A model generated the notes under the pieces. It ran no database searches and was not told where the DNA came from. It saw only the letters and a program-made list of their open reading frames with translations. Below are positions 28,036 through 37,529 of a DNA stretch of 64,000 nucleotides, one piece after another. Source of the DNA: Chitinophagales bacterium (GTDB lineage Bacteria; Bacteroidota; Bacteroidia; Chitinophagales; Chitinophagaceae); the NCBI GenBank assembly GCA_031375675.1, contig JANMIG010000014.1:15934-79933 (forward strand), written 5' to 3'. The translations under genes and the position numbers were made by a program. Numbering within the stretch: position 1 is the first letter of the stretch; each line of letters opens with the position of its first letter.

Positions 28036-29094
28036 TTGGAGAATATACACAACATAGAAATTAAAAACTTTAAGTCCATTCGGCACGCATCAATTGATGA
28101 ATGCAAGCGGATTAATGTTTTTGTGGGGCCGCCAAATGTCGGGAAGAGTAACATATTGGAAGCGTTAGGGTTGTTTAGTATGTTAGATCCTTCATTCGGC
28201 ACCTCTTTGAGTCTTCAAAAGCTAACTCGGATAACGAAAGCATCGCAACTTTTTTTTGATGGTTTAATAACCGAACATGGAGTGGTTTCATTAAATCGGA
28301 AACTTACAATGTCCATAGAGGCTATTCCCGGAATAGAAATAGCATTTAATATAGCAAGTGAAGATAATACAGGCATACTTGAAGCCAAAGGCCAAGTCAA
28401 GGCCATTAGTTATAAAAATCATATTGATAGGGCTACCAGTATTTCCTCTCACTCGACCAACTATAAATACAATGAAATAAAACCAATTCGTAAATATGTT
28501 TTCGACAAACAATCATTGCGGTCCAATTTTGAAACTAACTCTAAATATCTTATTACTCCATTTGGCGAAAACATGACAGATATTATTTTCTCAATACCAG
28601 AAGTGAAAAATAAGGTGTTGGGCATATTAAATACTTTTAAACTTAAAACATCTCGTCCTGAGAGCTCAGGCATTTTTTCCATATTGAAAGAGTTAAGTGA
28701 TGGTTCTTTTCTAATTTTGGATTTTGACCTACTTGCAGAAACCTTACAAAGGCTTATTTTTCATCATACAGCAATACTGAGCAATAATGATGCTATATTA
28801 TTGTTTGAAGAGCCTGAATCGCATTTATATGAGCCATATATATTGGATATTACCAATGCAATAAAGTATGACAAAAACAATAATCAATATTTTATCGTTA
28901 CGCATAATCAGTATTTTATAGATGAATTATTGCGTGATGAGGAAAGCAGGAATGAAACCAATATTTATATGGTAGGGCTGGAAAATGGAGAAACTGCTGT
29001 GAGATGGTTAAGTCCAGAAAAAAGTGAAGATGTATTTAATAACGGCTTAAACATATTTTTTAACTACGAAAACCTTTGGAAAGAAAACGCCTGA
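28036..29094 (+). CDS. ABC/SMC-type ATPase of the AAA_15/AAA_21 (OLD/AbiEii-like) group
   Basis: IEIKNFKSI, Walker A GPPNVGKS, Walker B LLFEEPESHL and H-loop VTHN. TTG start; AT-rich. Confidence 0.9.
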   Translation: MENIHNIEIKNFKSIRHASIDECKRINVFVGPPNVGKSNILEALGLFSMLDPSFGTSLSLQKLTRITKASQLFFDGLITEHGVVSLNRKLTMSIEAIPGIEIAFNIASEDNTGILEAKGQVKAISYKNHIDRATSISSHSTNYKYNEIKPIRKYVFDKQSLRSNFETNSKYLITPFGENMTDIIFSIPEVKNKVLGILNTFKLKTSRPESSGIFSILKELSDGSFLILDFDLLAETLQRLIFHHTAILSNNDAILLFEEPESHLYEPYILDITNAIKYDKNNNQYFIVTHNQYFIDELLRDEESRNETNIYMVGLENGETAVRWLSPEKSEDVFNNGLNIFFNYENLWKENA

Positions 29095-29095
29095 T

Positions 29096-29650
29096 ATGCA
29101 GAAAGTAATTGGTGTGGAGTGCTGGGCAGATTATTATTTTTTTGGCCGGTTACTAAACGACAGTAAGATAATAAGGAAGGAAAAAAACAAGAATGAAGTA
29201 CTTAAGAGTATCACAGAGCGGGCAAAAGGAAGTTTTTCAGTTGGTGTGGTGGATCATGACAAAAAAGAGCTTACTGTCTACCTGAAAGAGACCGAAATTG
29301 AAGGAATGGTTACAATTGGAGAGTACATACATGTAAGTAAGTTTGCAGGAAGTATTCAGTTTGTAATTGAACTGAAACCAGTTGAGTTTGAAATATGGAT
29401 AAATGAATTTTTAAAAACTGAAGGTAAATCAGTAGCAGATTTTGGATATGAGAGTTTAAAAGAATTTATTGAGGAGTCGAAATCAATCTATGAGGTGCTT
29501 TTAAGTAAGCCAAGATTTATTAAACTGATGGATTTTATTTTTGAGCATTATAAAAATTCTGATAACCATATCAGGAAAATAAAACTAATTTTAGAATACC
29601 TGTTAAAAAACAGGTATCAAGCAGATATAAACGAATTAATCAATGTCTGA
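29096..29650 (+). CDS. TOPRIM-like partner protein of the ATPase
   Basis: N-terminal strand plus Glu (VIGVECWAD) and a strand plus DxD (VGVVDHD). AT-rich; lies 1 nt after the ATPase stop. Confidence 0.55.
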   Translation: MQKVIGVECWADYYFFGRLLNDSKIIRKEKNKNEVLKSITERAKGSFSVGVVDHDKKELTVYLKETEIEGMVTIGEYIHVSKFAGSIQFVIELKPVEFEIWINEFLKTEGKSVADFGYESLKEFIEESKSIYEVLLSKPRFIKLMDFIFEHYKNSDNHIRKIKLILEYLLKNRYQADINELINV

Positions 29651-30695
29651 ACAGAAACAATTATTTAAGGTAACAATCGACAACATTACCATTGAGGTGG
29701 AACCGGGTACTACGGTACTCAACGCAGCCCGTCAAATTGGTGGCGATGTTACCCCGCCTGCCATGTGCTATTACAGCAAGCTGGCGGGCAGCGGGGGCAA
29801 GTGCCGTACCTGCCTGGTGGAAGTAGCCGCCGGCTCCACTGCCGACCCACGCCCTATGCCCAAGCTGGTGGCAAGCTGCCGCACTACGGTAATGGATGGC
29901 ATGGTTGTAAAAAATTGCACCAGCGACAGGGTGACGGATGCCCGCAATGGCGTAGTGGAGTTTCTCCTTATGAACCATCCGCTGGACTGCCCCATCTGCG
30001 ACCAGGCTGGTGAATGCCACCTGCAGGATCTGGGCTACTCCCACGGTAAGGAAGGTACCCGCTATGAATTTGACAGAAGAACATTCGAAAAAATTGATAT
30101 TGGCGATAAGATACAACTGCACATGACCCGCTGCATCCTTTGCTACAGGTGCACCTACGTGGCCGACCAGCTGACGGACAAAAGGGTGCATGGCATCCTC
30201 AGCCGTGGCGACCATGCAGAGATAAGCACTTACATCGAAAAAGCTGTTGACAACGATTTCAGCGGCAATATGATTGATGTATGCCCGGTAGGTGCCTTAA
30301 CGGATAAAACTTTCCGCTTTAAAAACAGGGTATGGTTTACCAAACCGGTAGATGCACACCGTAACTGCGATACACCCGGCTGCTGCGGTAAAACTACGCT
30401 GTGGCTGCGTGGTGACGAAGTGTACAGGGTTACCAGCCGTAAAGATCAATGGGGCGAAGTGCAGAGTTTCGATGGTAAACCCGGATGGATATGCAATACC
30501 TGCCGCTTTGATAAAAAGAAAACAGGCGACTGGGAGGTTGAAGGACCAACAAAAGTAAACAGGCATTCAGTAATATCTCAGGGGCATTATGAAAATGGAG
30601 TGAAACCAGGCGAAACGATGCAGAAAGTGATGGATGGCAGGGCCCCTAAATTGCTGATGAATATACACAGTGTGAGTGAGGTGAATAAAAAGTAG
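29643..30695 (+). CDS. nuoG: NADH-quinone oxidoreductase subunit G (short, Fe-S domain form)
   Basis: CYYSKL...CRTC, HPLDCPICDQAGEC, CILCYRC and CPVGAL. 350 aa. Confidence 0.95.
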   Translation: MSEQKQLFKVTIDNITIEVEPGTTVLNAARQIGGDVTPPAMCYYSKLAGSGGKCRTCLVEVAAGSTADPRPMPKLVASCRTTVMDGMVVKNCTSDRVTDARNGVVEFLLMNHPLDCPICDQAGECHLQDLGYSHGKEGTRYEFDRRTFEKIDIGDKIQLHMTRCILCYRCTYVADQLTDKRVHGILSRGDHAEISTYIEKAVDNDFSGNMIDVCPVGALTDKTFRFKNRVWFTKPVDAHRNCDTPGCCGKTTLWLRGDEVYRVTSRKDQWGEVQSFDGKPGWICNTCRFDKKKTGDWEVEGPTKVNRHSVISQGHYENGVKPGETMQKVMDGRAPKLLMNIHSVSEVNKK

Positions 30696-30872
30696 GTATT
30701 GGGGAGCTTATGCTGAGGGAAGCAAGTTGACAGGTTGATTTGTTGATAAGTAATGTACAGAATGGTGTGTGGGGGGCGTTCATCTGTCAACGATACATAA
30801 ATTCGTGTAATCAGTGTAATTCCTGGTAAGTAGTGATAAAAAAGTTGAACAATTAATAAAAGATTTTGAATA

Positions 30873-31925
30873 ATGTTATTATCAATTGAATGGCCTGTAG
30901 TTATTGAGAAACTCATACTTATTGTGGTGGTGGTTTCTGCCTCACTAATAATCGCCATGTATGCTACATTTGCCGAACGCAAAGTGGCTGCAATTATACA
31001 GGACAGGCGGGGCCCCAACCGTGCCGGACCTTTTGGATTGCTGCAGCCGCTGGCAGATGGCCTCAAGCTTTTCTTTAAGGAAGAGATCATCCCTGCTTTT
31101 TCCACAAAGTTTCTTTTTATACTTGGCCCCTGCTTAGCCATGCTTACAGCGATGATGACGAGTGCCGTAATCCCCTGGGGTGATACGCTGCATCTTTTCG
31201 GTCGTGATATCAGCCTGCAGATAACTGACGTAAACATCGGTATCCTGTTTGTTTTTGGTGTGGTGAGTATGGGCGTTTACGGTATTATGATCGGCGGCTG
31301 GGCCAGTAATAATAAATTCTCCCTGATTGGTGCCTTACGGGCTGCTTCTCAAATCATCAGTTACGAGCTGCCCATGGGCATTGCCCTTATTGCTCTGCTG
31401 ATGGTAACAGGTACCCTCAGCCTTAAAGAAATGGTGGTGCAGCAGCAGTCAGGATGGTGGAACATCCTTTACCAGCCACTGGGTTTTCTCATTTTCCTCA
31501 TTTGCTCTTTTGCAGAATGTAACCGTACACCTTTTGACCTGCCCGAGGCAGAAAATGAACTGATAGGCGGGTACCATACAGAATACTCAAGTATGAAACT
31601 TGGCTTCTTCCTGTTTGCAGAATACATCAATATGTTTGTAAGCAGCGCCATAATGGCCACCCTGTTTTTTGGTGGTTATGATATGCCATTCGTAAATGAA
31701 GCCAATTTTTCACCCAATATTGCAGCATTAATAGGTACTTCGGCATTGTTACTTAAAACAGCCTTCTTTCTTTTCCTGTTCATGTGGGTACGGTGGACCA
31801 TCCCCCGTTTCCGTTACGACCAGTTGATGAACCTTGGCTGGAGGATATTAATACCTTTAGCGCTGCTGAACATGCTGGGTACAGGTGCTTTTATACTGTT
31901 TAAAGAAAAGGGATGGCCCTTTTAA
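30873..31925 (+). CDS. nuoH: NADH-quinone oxidoreductase subunit H
   Basis: ERKV..IQDRRGPNRAGPFGLLQPLADG.K and NRTPFDLPEAENEL. Confidence 0.97.
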   Translation: MLLSIEWPVVIEKLILIVVVVSASLIIAMYATFAERKVAAIIQDRRGPNRAGPFGLLQPLADGLKLFFKEEIIPAFSTKFLFILGPCLAMLTAMMTSAVIPWGDTLHLFGRDISLQITDVNIGILFVFGVVSMGVYGIMIGGWASNNKFSLIGALRAASQIISYELPMGIALIALLMVTGTLSLKEMVVQQQSGWWNILYQPLGFLIFLICSFAECNRTPFDLPEAENELIGGYHTEYSSMKLGFFLFAEYINMFVSSAIMATLFFGGYDMPFVNEANFSPNIAALIGTSALLLKTAFFLFLFMWVRWTIPRFRYDQLMNLGWRILIPLALLNMLGTGAFILFKEKGWPF

Positions 31926-31974
31926 AGTTAAAAAATATATTTGCGCTGCAATTGGCGCACAGAATAAATAAAAT

Positions 31975-32538
31975 ATGCAAACGACATTAACCAACAGGGG
32001 CAAATTTGTAGAGCGTAAACCGATGAGTTTCCTGGAGCGTATGTACCTCCCTGCCATTGTAAAAGGTATGTTTATCACTTTTAAACATATCTTTAAAAAG
32101 AAGGCAACCATCAATTATCCTGAAAAAAAGCGCCCCTTCAGCCCGGTATTCCGGGGCCTGCATGTACTTAACAGGGATGAGGCCGGCAGAGAAAACTGTA
32201 CAGCCTGTGGCCTTTGCGCCGTAGCCTGCCCGGCAGAAGCCATAACCATGGAAGCTGCCGAAAGGAAAAAAGGTGAAGAAAACCTGTACCGGGAAGAAAA
32301 ATATGCAGCTAAATACGAGATCAATATGCTGCGCTGCATCTTTTGCGGCCTTTGCGAAGAAGCTTGCCCCAAAGATGCTATCTATTTAAGTGAAACTTTT
32401 GCCCCGGCCAATTACGAACGGAAAGGGTTTATCTACGGTAAGGATGACTTACTCATTCCCCACCCGGTAGAAGAGGCGGAAGCATACCAAAAAGCGCTGG
32501 GCAACAGGGCGCAGCAAAAAACAACGGCCAATAATTAA
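31975..32538 (+). CDS. nuoI: NADH-quinone oxidoreductase subunit I
   Basis: CTACGLCAVAC and CIFCGLCEEAC 4Fe-4S motifs. Confidence 0.97.
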   Translation: MQTTLTNRGKFVERKPMSFLERMYLPAIVKGMFITFKHIFKKKATINYPEKKRPFSPVFRGLHVLNRDEAGRENCTACGLCAVACPAEAITMEAAERKKGEENLYREEKYAAKYEINMLRCIFCGLCEEACPKDAIYLSETFAPANYERKGFIYGKDDLLIPHPVEEAEAYQKALGNRAQQKTTANN

Positions 32539-32559
32539 CAGTACAACGGTACAAGCATC

Positions 32560-33069
32560 ATGAGTATAACAACCATACTATTTATTTTTCTCAGTGCAAT
32601 GGCATTAACAGGTGCCTGCGCTGTGGTTACCAGCAAAAACCCGGTACACAGCGTGCTTTGGCTCATCGTGGTATTTTTTGCCATCTCGGGGCATTATATC
32701 CTTTTAAATGCCCAGTTTCTGGCAGTGGTAAACATCATCGTATATGCCGGGGCCATCATGGTACTATTCCTGTTTGTGGTGATGCTGATGAACCTGAATG
32801 CCGACAGCGAACCCCCAAGACGTAACAATATCTTCATCGCTTCATTGGTTTCAGGGCTGTCGCTGATGCTGGTAATCATTGCAGCACTCCGCAACTCAGA
32901 GCAATTTCTGCACCAGCAGCAGGTACAGATGGGCACAGGGGATGTGGGATTGATAAAAGTACTGGGCAAAACATTGTTTACAGATTATGTAATTCCATTC
33001 GAAATAAGCAGTGTGCTGTTTTTAAGCGCCATCATTGGTGCAGTAGTAATCGCAAAAAAAGAACAATAG
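32560..33069 (+). CDS. nuoJ: NADH-quinone oxidoreductase subunit J
   Basis: KNPVHSVLWL and YAGAIMVLFLFVVML. Confidence 0.96.
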   Translation: MSITTILFIFLSAMALTGACAVVTSKNPVHSVLWLIVVFFAISGHYILLNAQFLAVVNIIVYAGAIMVLFLFVVMLMNLNADSEPPRRNNIFIASLVSGLSLMLVIIAALRNSEQFLHQQQVQMGTGDVGLIKVLGKTLFTDYVIPFEISSVLFLSAIIGAVVIAKKEQ

Positions 33070-33092
33070 ACAGATCAATAAAACAATAAATT

Positions 33093-33623
33093 ATGAAGAA
33101 AATTCTGGTGGTAGCATTTTTCACAGCAGCCTGCATCGGTAAAAGCCAGGCACAGATTGACCTTAAAAAAATATTTGACCTGGATGATATTGTAGGCAAG
33201 GTATTGAATGTGAAAAAAGGTTTTGCACCTAAATTTTCGCTGGGAAATCAGCCCATTACCAAAATTTTTAAGGTGGGCGAAATACTGGGATTGAAAAAGA
33301 ACGACCAGGTGGATAAATATTTCAGGATGTTTAAAACCGGCAGGACCATTTACAAGATTGCCGCTTATGCGGGTACCGCTATATCAGTATATGGTGCTGT
33401 AAAGGGTATTGACAAAGCCGCTGCAAAAAAAGATTACCAGGGTGCCATCATTGGTGGTTTAAGCACCATTGGTACCGGTCTGATAACAAAATTTTTAACC
33501 AAGTCTGCCTCTTACAAAGCTGTTGATATTTTCAATGGAGTGGTAAAAAGGAAGCTTGGCGACATATTGGGTGTGGCCCCGGCCTCATCAACGATAGGTG
33601 TAGGTGTTTATGTAAAATTATAA
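33093..33623 (+). CDS. Secreted Lys-rich hypothetical protein with Gly-rich hydrophobic helices
   Basis: Signal peptide ending [15 protein letters not shown] segment and C-terminal IGVGVYVKL. Sits between nuoJ and nuoK. Confidence 0.75.
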   Translation: MKKILVVAFFTAACIGKSQAQIDLKKIFDLDDIVGKVLNVKKGFAPKFSLGNQPITKIFKVGEILGLKKNDQVDKYFRMFKTGRTIYKIAAYAGTAISVYGAVKGIDKAAAKKDYQGAIIGGLSTIGTGLITKFLTKSASYKAVDIFNGVVKRKLGDILGVAPASSTIGVGVYVKL

Positions 33624-33627
33624 GAGT

Positions 33628-33960
33628 ATGGAAATCAAATGGTATATAGGACTGGCAGTGGCACTTTTTTGTATAGGTGTGGCTGGTGTGCTTACCCGCC
33701 GCAATGCCATCATAGTGTTTATGTGTATTGAGCTGATGCTGAATGCCGTAAACCTGCTGCTGGTAGCATTCAGTAAAATGCATGCTATGGCCCCGTCCAC
33801 GGCGGCTTATCCCAGCCTGGCCAGCGATGCCCAGGTATTTGTATTCTTCATCATGGTAGTGGCTGCTGCAGAAGTGAGTGTGGGACTGGCCATTATCGTA
33901 ATGCTTTACCGAAATACACATTCGGTAGACATTAATTTCCTGAACAGGCTGAAGAATTAA
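33628..33960 (+). CDS. nuoK: NADH-quinone oxidoreductase subunit K
   Basis: RRNAI...IELMLNAVN and [12 protein letters not shown]. Confidence 0.96.
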   Translation: MEIKWYIGLAVALFCIGVAGVLTRRNAIIVFMCIELMLNAVNLLLVAFSKMHAMAPSTAAYPSLASDAQVFVFFIMVVAAAEVSVGLAIIVMLYRNTHSVDINFLNRLKN

Positions 33961-34070
33961 CCATCCCTGTTTCTCCGGAAACACTGATGGCAGCAATAAT
34001 GAAATAATTTTTAACATGCCCCGCAGTTTTTACAATTGCGGGGGTAAAAGCCCAAGGGGGTTTTGGCTTT

Positions 34071-35960
34071 ATGAGTAAAATTTTTGAACTGGCCTGGCTT
34101 ATTCCTGTTTTGCCGCTTGTTGGTTTTTTGATCAACGGGCTGTGCAGAAAGCAGTTGTCAAGAGGCCTTGCAGGTATTACCGGCAGTGGTGTTGTACTGG
34201 CATCTTTTGTAATCAGTCTCCTGGTTTTTATGGAGGTCAAAGCCGGTAACACGGCTACGGTACAATTGTTTGAGTTTATCAGCATCCCCTCGCTGCACAT
34301 CAGCTTTGCTTTTCAGCTGGATGCCTTGTCATCGCTGTTCCTGCTCATCATTACCGGTGTGGGCTTTCTTATACATGTGTACTCCACCGCCTACATGCAC
34401 AGCGAGGAACCCAAAGATTTTGCAAAATATTTTGCCTACCTCAACCTCTTTGTATTTTCCATGCTGCTGCTGGTAATGGGCTCCGGCTTTGTTACCATGT
34501 TCATCGGCTGGGAAGGCGTTGGCCTCTGTTCTTACCTGCTCATCGGCTTCTGGTTTAAAAATAACAATTACAATGCCGCTGCTAAAAAAGCATTTGTGAT
34601 GAACCGCATTGGCGACCTGGGTTTCCTGCTGGCCATCTTCTGGCTCATTGCCAAAACGGGCAGTGCGGAATACAGCCAGGTTTTTACAGCCGCATCACTG
34701 GCTAAACTTACTGCCACCGATATTACCGGCATTACCCTGCTGCTCTTTGTGGGTGCCACGGGTAAAAGTGCCCAGATACCCCTGTTTACCTGGCTGCCCG
34801 ATGCCATGGCCGGCCCCACACCCGTATCGGCACTGATACATGCTGCTACCATGGTTACAGCCGGTGTGTACATGATTGCCCGCAGCAATCTATTGTTTTC
34901 AATGGCCGAAACCACCCAGCACATCATTGCAGTTATTGGCCTTGCCACAGCATTACTGGCTGCCACCATTGCCCTCAAACAAAACGATATTAAAAAGGTA
35001 CTTGCCTACAGTACAGTAAGCCAGCTGGGCTATATGTTCCTGGCACTGGGTATGGGCGCCTATACCGCTGCTGTTTTTCATGTAATGACGCATGCATTCT
35101 TTAAAGCATTGTTATTCCTTGGCTCGGGCAGTGTGATACATGCCATGGGCGGTGAACAGGATATTACCAAAATGGGCGGTTTAAAGGGGAAATTAAAAAT
35201 CACTTACATAACTTTTTTAATTGGATGCCTGGCCATTGCAGGTTTCCCTCCCCTTTCTGGTTTCTTTAGTAAAGATGCCATACTCATCAGCGCATTTGAA
35301 CACAATAAGATTTTATATGCCGGTGCTTTAATTGGTGCCATACTTACCGCTTTTTACATGTTCAGGTTGCTGTTCCTTACTTTTAACGGCAGTTTCCGTG
35401 GTACAGAAGAACAAAAACATCACCTGCACGAAAGCCCCCCGGCCATGACGGTACCGCTGGTGATACTGGCCATATTGTCAATCATTGGTGGCTTTGTGGG
35501 CATTCCCGAAGTATTCAAAGCAGGTGGCGACCAGCTGCATGCCTTCCTGGCTCCTGTATTAAGCAGCGAAAAATCAGCACATGAATTATCCCATTCCACT
35601 GAGCTGATGCTGATGGGGCTTGCCATCGCACTGGTGATTGCAGCCGTTATTTTTGCTTTTATCAAAACAAAAAAAGTGGACAATACCGAAGCAACAGGCT
35701 TTGGCAAAGTGCTGCAAAACAAATGGTATGTGGATGAACTGTACGCAGCCATTATTACAAAACCTTTACAAAAACTGTCGGCCCTGTTTAACAATGTGAT
35801 AGAAAAAAGAGGCATTGATGGCTTTGTAAATGGCATTGGCAAAAGCATCAATTATGGCAGCAGGCAGATAAGGCTTTTGCAGAACGGAAATGTGGGCAAT
35901 TATGTACTGATGATGGTCATCGGGATAATTGTGTTTTTAATTGTACAATTGTTTATTTAG
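34071..35960 (+). CDS. nuoL: NADH-quinone oxidoreductase subunit L
   Basis: GWEGVGLCSYLLIGFW and GKSAQIPLFTWLPDAMAGPTPVSALIHAATMV. Confidence 0.98.
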   Translation: MSKIFELAWLIPVLPLVGFLINGLCRKQLSRGLAGITGSGVVLASFVISLLVFMEVKAGNTATVQLFEFISIPSLHISFAFQLDALSSLFLLIITGVGFLIHVYSTAYMHSEEPKDFAKYFAYLNLFVFSMLLLVMGSGFVTMFIGWEGVGLCSYLLIGFWFKNNNYNAAAKKAFVMNRIGDLGFLLAIFWLIAKTGSAEYSQVFTAASLAKLTATDITGITLLLFVGATGKSAQIPLFTWLPDAMAGPTPVSALIHAATMVTAGVYMIARSNLLFSMAETTQHIIAVIGLATALLAATIALKQNDIKKVLAYSTVSQLGYMFLALGMGAYTAAVFHVMTHAFFKALLFLGSGSVIHAMGGEQDITKMGGLKGKLKITYITFLIGCLAIAGFPPLSGFFSKDAILISAFEHNKILYAGALIGAILTAFYMFRLLFLTFNGSFRGTEEQKHHLHESPPAMTVPLVILAILSIIGGFVGIPEVFKAGGDQLHAFLAPVLSSEKSAHELSHSTELMLMGLAIALVIAAVIFAFIKTKKVDNTEATGFGKVLQNKWYVDELYAAIITKPLQKLSALFNNVIEKRGIDGFVNGIGKSINYGSRQIRLLQNGNVGNYVLMMVIGIIVFLIVQLFI

Positions 35961-36002
35961 AAAATAGAATTGGTAATACATTAACCAGGATCAACTGTTA
36001 AT

Positions 36003-37502
36003 ATGAATTGTGAAACTATCATTATAACCTTTCCCGAATTGCTCATCTGGTTACCCATACTGGCAGGATTGGTAACTTTTATGCTGGGCAATAAAAATAT
36101 GGCAAAGGGATGGGCGTTGTTTGCCTCCATCCTTACACTGTGCGTATCACTTACAAGCCTGCTGTATACAGATACCTCTGAAAAGAATTTCTGCCTTAAC
36201 AACGTAAGCTATGAATGGCTGAAGTATATCGGCAGCAGCTTTGCCGTGGGGCTGGATGGCACCGGGCGCATACTCACTTTGCTAACAGCCATCGCTTTCC
36301 CTATAATTTTTACAGCTACCTATAAAACTGAATACAAAAATACCAATGCCTTTTACGGACTGATGCTGCTGGCTCAGGGCGGACTAATGGGTGTGTTTAC
36401 TGCAATGGATGCACTTGTATTTTACATGTTCTGGGAGCTGGCCCTGATTCCTGTTTATTTTTTGTGCAGCCGCTGGGGTGGAGAAAAAAGGATACAGGCC
36501 ACATTCAAATTTTTTGTGTACACTTTTGCAGGATCATTGCTTTTACTTGCCGGCATTTTATATGTGTACCAGCATACATTACCGGTTGCAGGCTATTCCG
36601 ACCACTCTTTTTCTTTAAAGAATTTCCAGAACGTACAATTATCTGCAGCTGATCAAAAATGGATGTTCTGGCTTTTCTTTATCGCCTTTGCCATCAAAAT
36701 GCCCATATTCCCCTTTCATACCTGGCAGCCCGATACTTATGAGCAGTCGCCCACGGCAACTACCATGGTACTCAGCGGCATCATGGTTAAAATGGGATTG
36801 CTGGCTGTTATCCGCTGGCTGATACCCGTATTTCCGGCTGCAACTGCCTTGTTTGATACGGCCATCATCGCCTTTGCAGTGGCGGGCATGATCTATGCAA
36901 GTTGTATTGCCATTGTGCAGGACGACCTCAAACGGCTGGCAGCTTACTCGTCCATTGCCCACATAGGGCTGATGTGCGCATCCCTTTTTGCCAATAAAGA
37001 AATGGCATTCCAGGGTGTAATGATACAGATGTTCAGCCACGGTATCAACATCATTGGCCTGTGGATAGTGATTGACCTGTTAGAAAAGCAACTGGGTGTT
37101 CGCAAAATGTCGCAATTGGGCGGTGTGGCGCACAAAGCACCTGTGCTTACCATCATGCTGGTAATCATTGCTTTTGCCAATATCGCCCTGCCGCTTACCA
37201 ATGCCTTTGTGGGTGAGTTCATGATGTTCAGCGGGCTGTACCAGTTCAATGTATGGTTAACGGCACTGGCAGGCATCAGCATCATACTGGCGGCAGTGTA
37301 CACCCTTAATATGGTGCAGAAGGTTTTCCTGGGCGAAGCCAACAGCCTTACACAGATGGTAAGGGATATCAGCACCAGCCAGAAGATAATACTCAGCGTG
37401 GTGGTGGTAGCCATCTTCATAACCGGTGTATTTCCACAGCCGCTGATAGACCTTACAAAGGACTCAGTACAGGCCTTAATTTCAAAATTGAACAACGGGT
37501 AA
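36003..37502 (+). CDS. nuoM: NADH-quinone oxidoreductase subunit M
   Basis: FWELALIP, IKMPIFPFHTW and YSSIAH. Confidence 0.97.
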   Translation: MNCETIIITFPELLIWLPILAGLVTFMLGNKNMAKGWALFASILTLCVSLTSLLYTDTSEKNFCLNNVSYEWLKYIGSSFAVGLDGTGRILTLLTAIAFPIIFTATYKTEYKNTNAFYGLMLLAQGGLMGVFTAMDALVFYMFWELALIPVYFLCSRWGGEKRIQATFKFFVYTFAGSLLLLAGILYVYQHTLPVAGYSDHSFSLKNFQNVQLSAADQKWMFWLFFIAFAIKMPIFPFHTWQPDTYEQSPTATTMVLSGIMVKMGLLAVIRWLIPVFPAATALFDTAIIAFAVAGMIYASCIAIVQDDLKRLAAYSSIAHIGLMCASLFANKEMAFQGVMIQMFSHGINIIGLWIVIDLLEKQLGVRKMSQLGGVAHKAPVLTIMLVIIAFANIALPLTNAFVGEFMMFSGLYQFNVWLTALAGISIILAAVYTLNMVQKVFLGEANSLTQMVRDISTSQKIILSVVVVAIFITGVFPQPLIDLTKDSVQALISKLNNG

Positions 37503-37529
37503 ATGCCCGGCACAGAATACTGATAAGAT

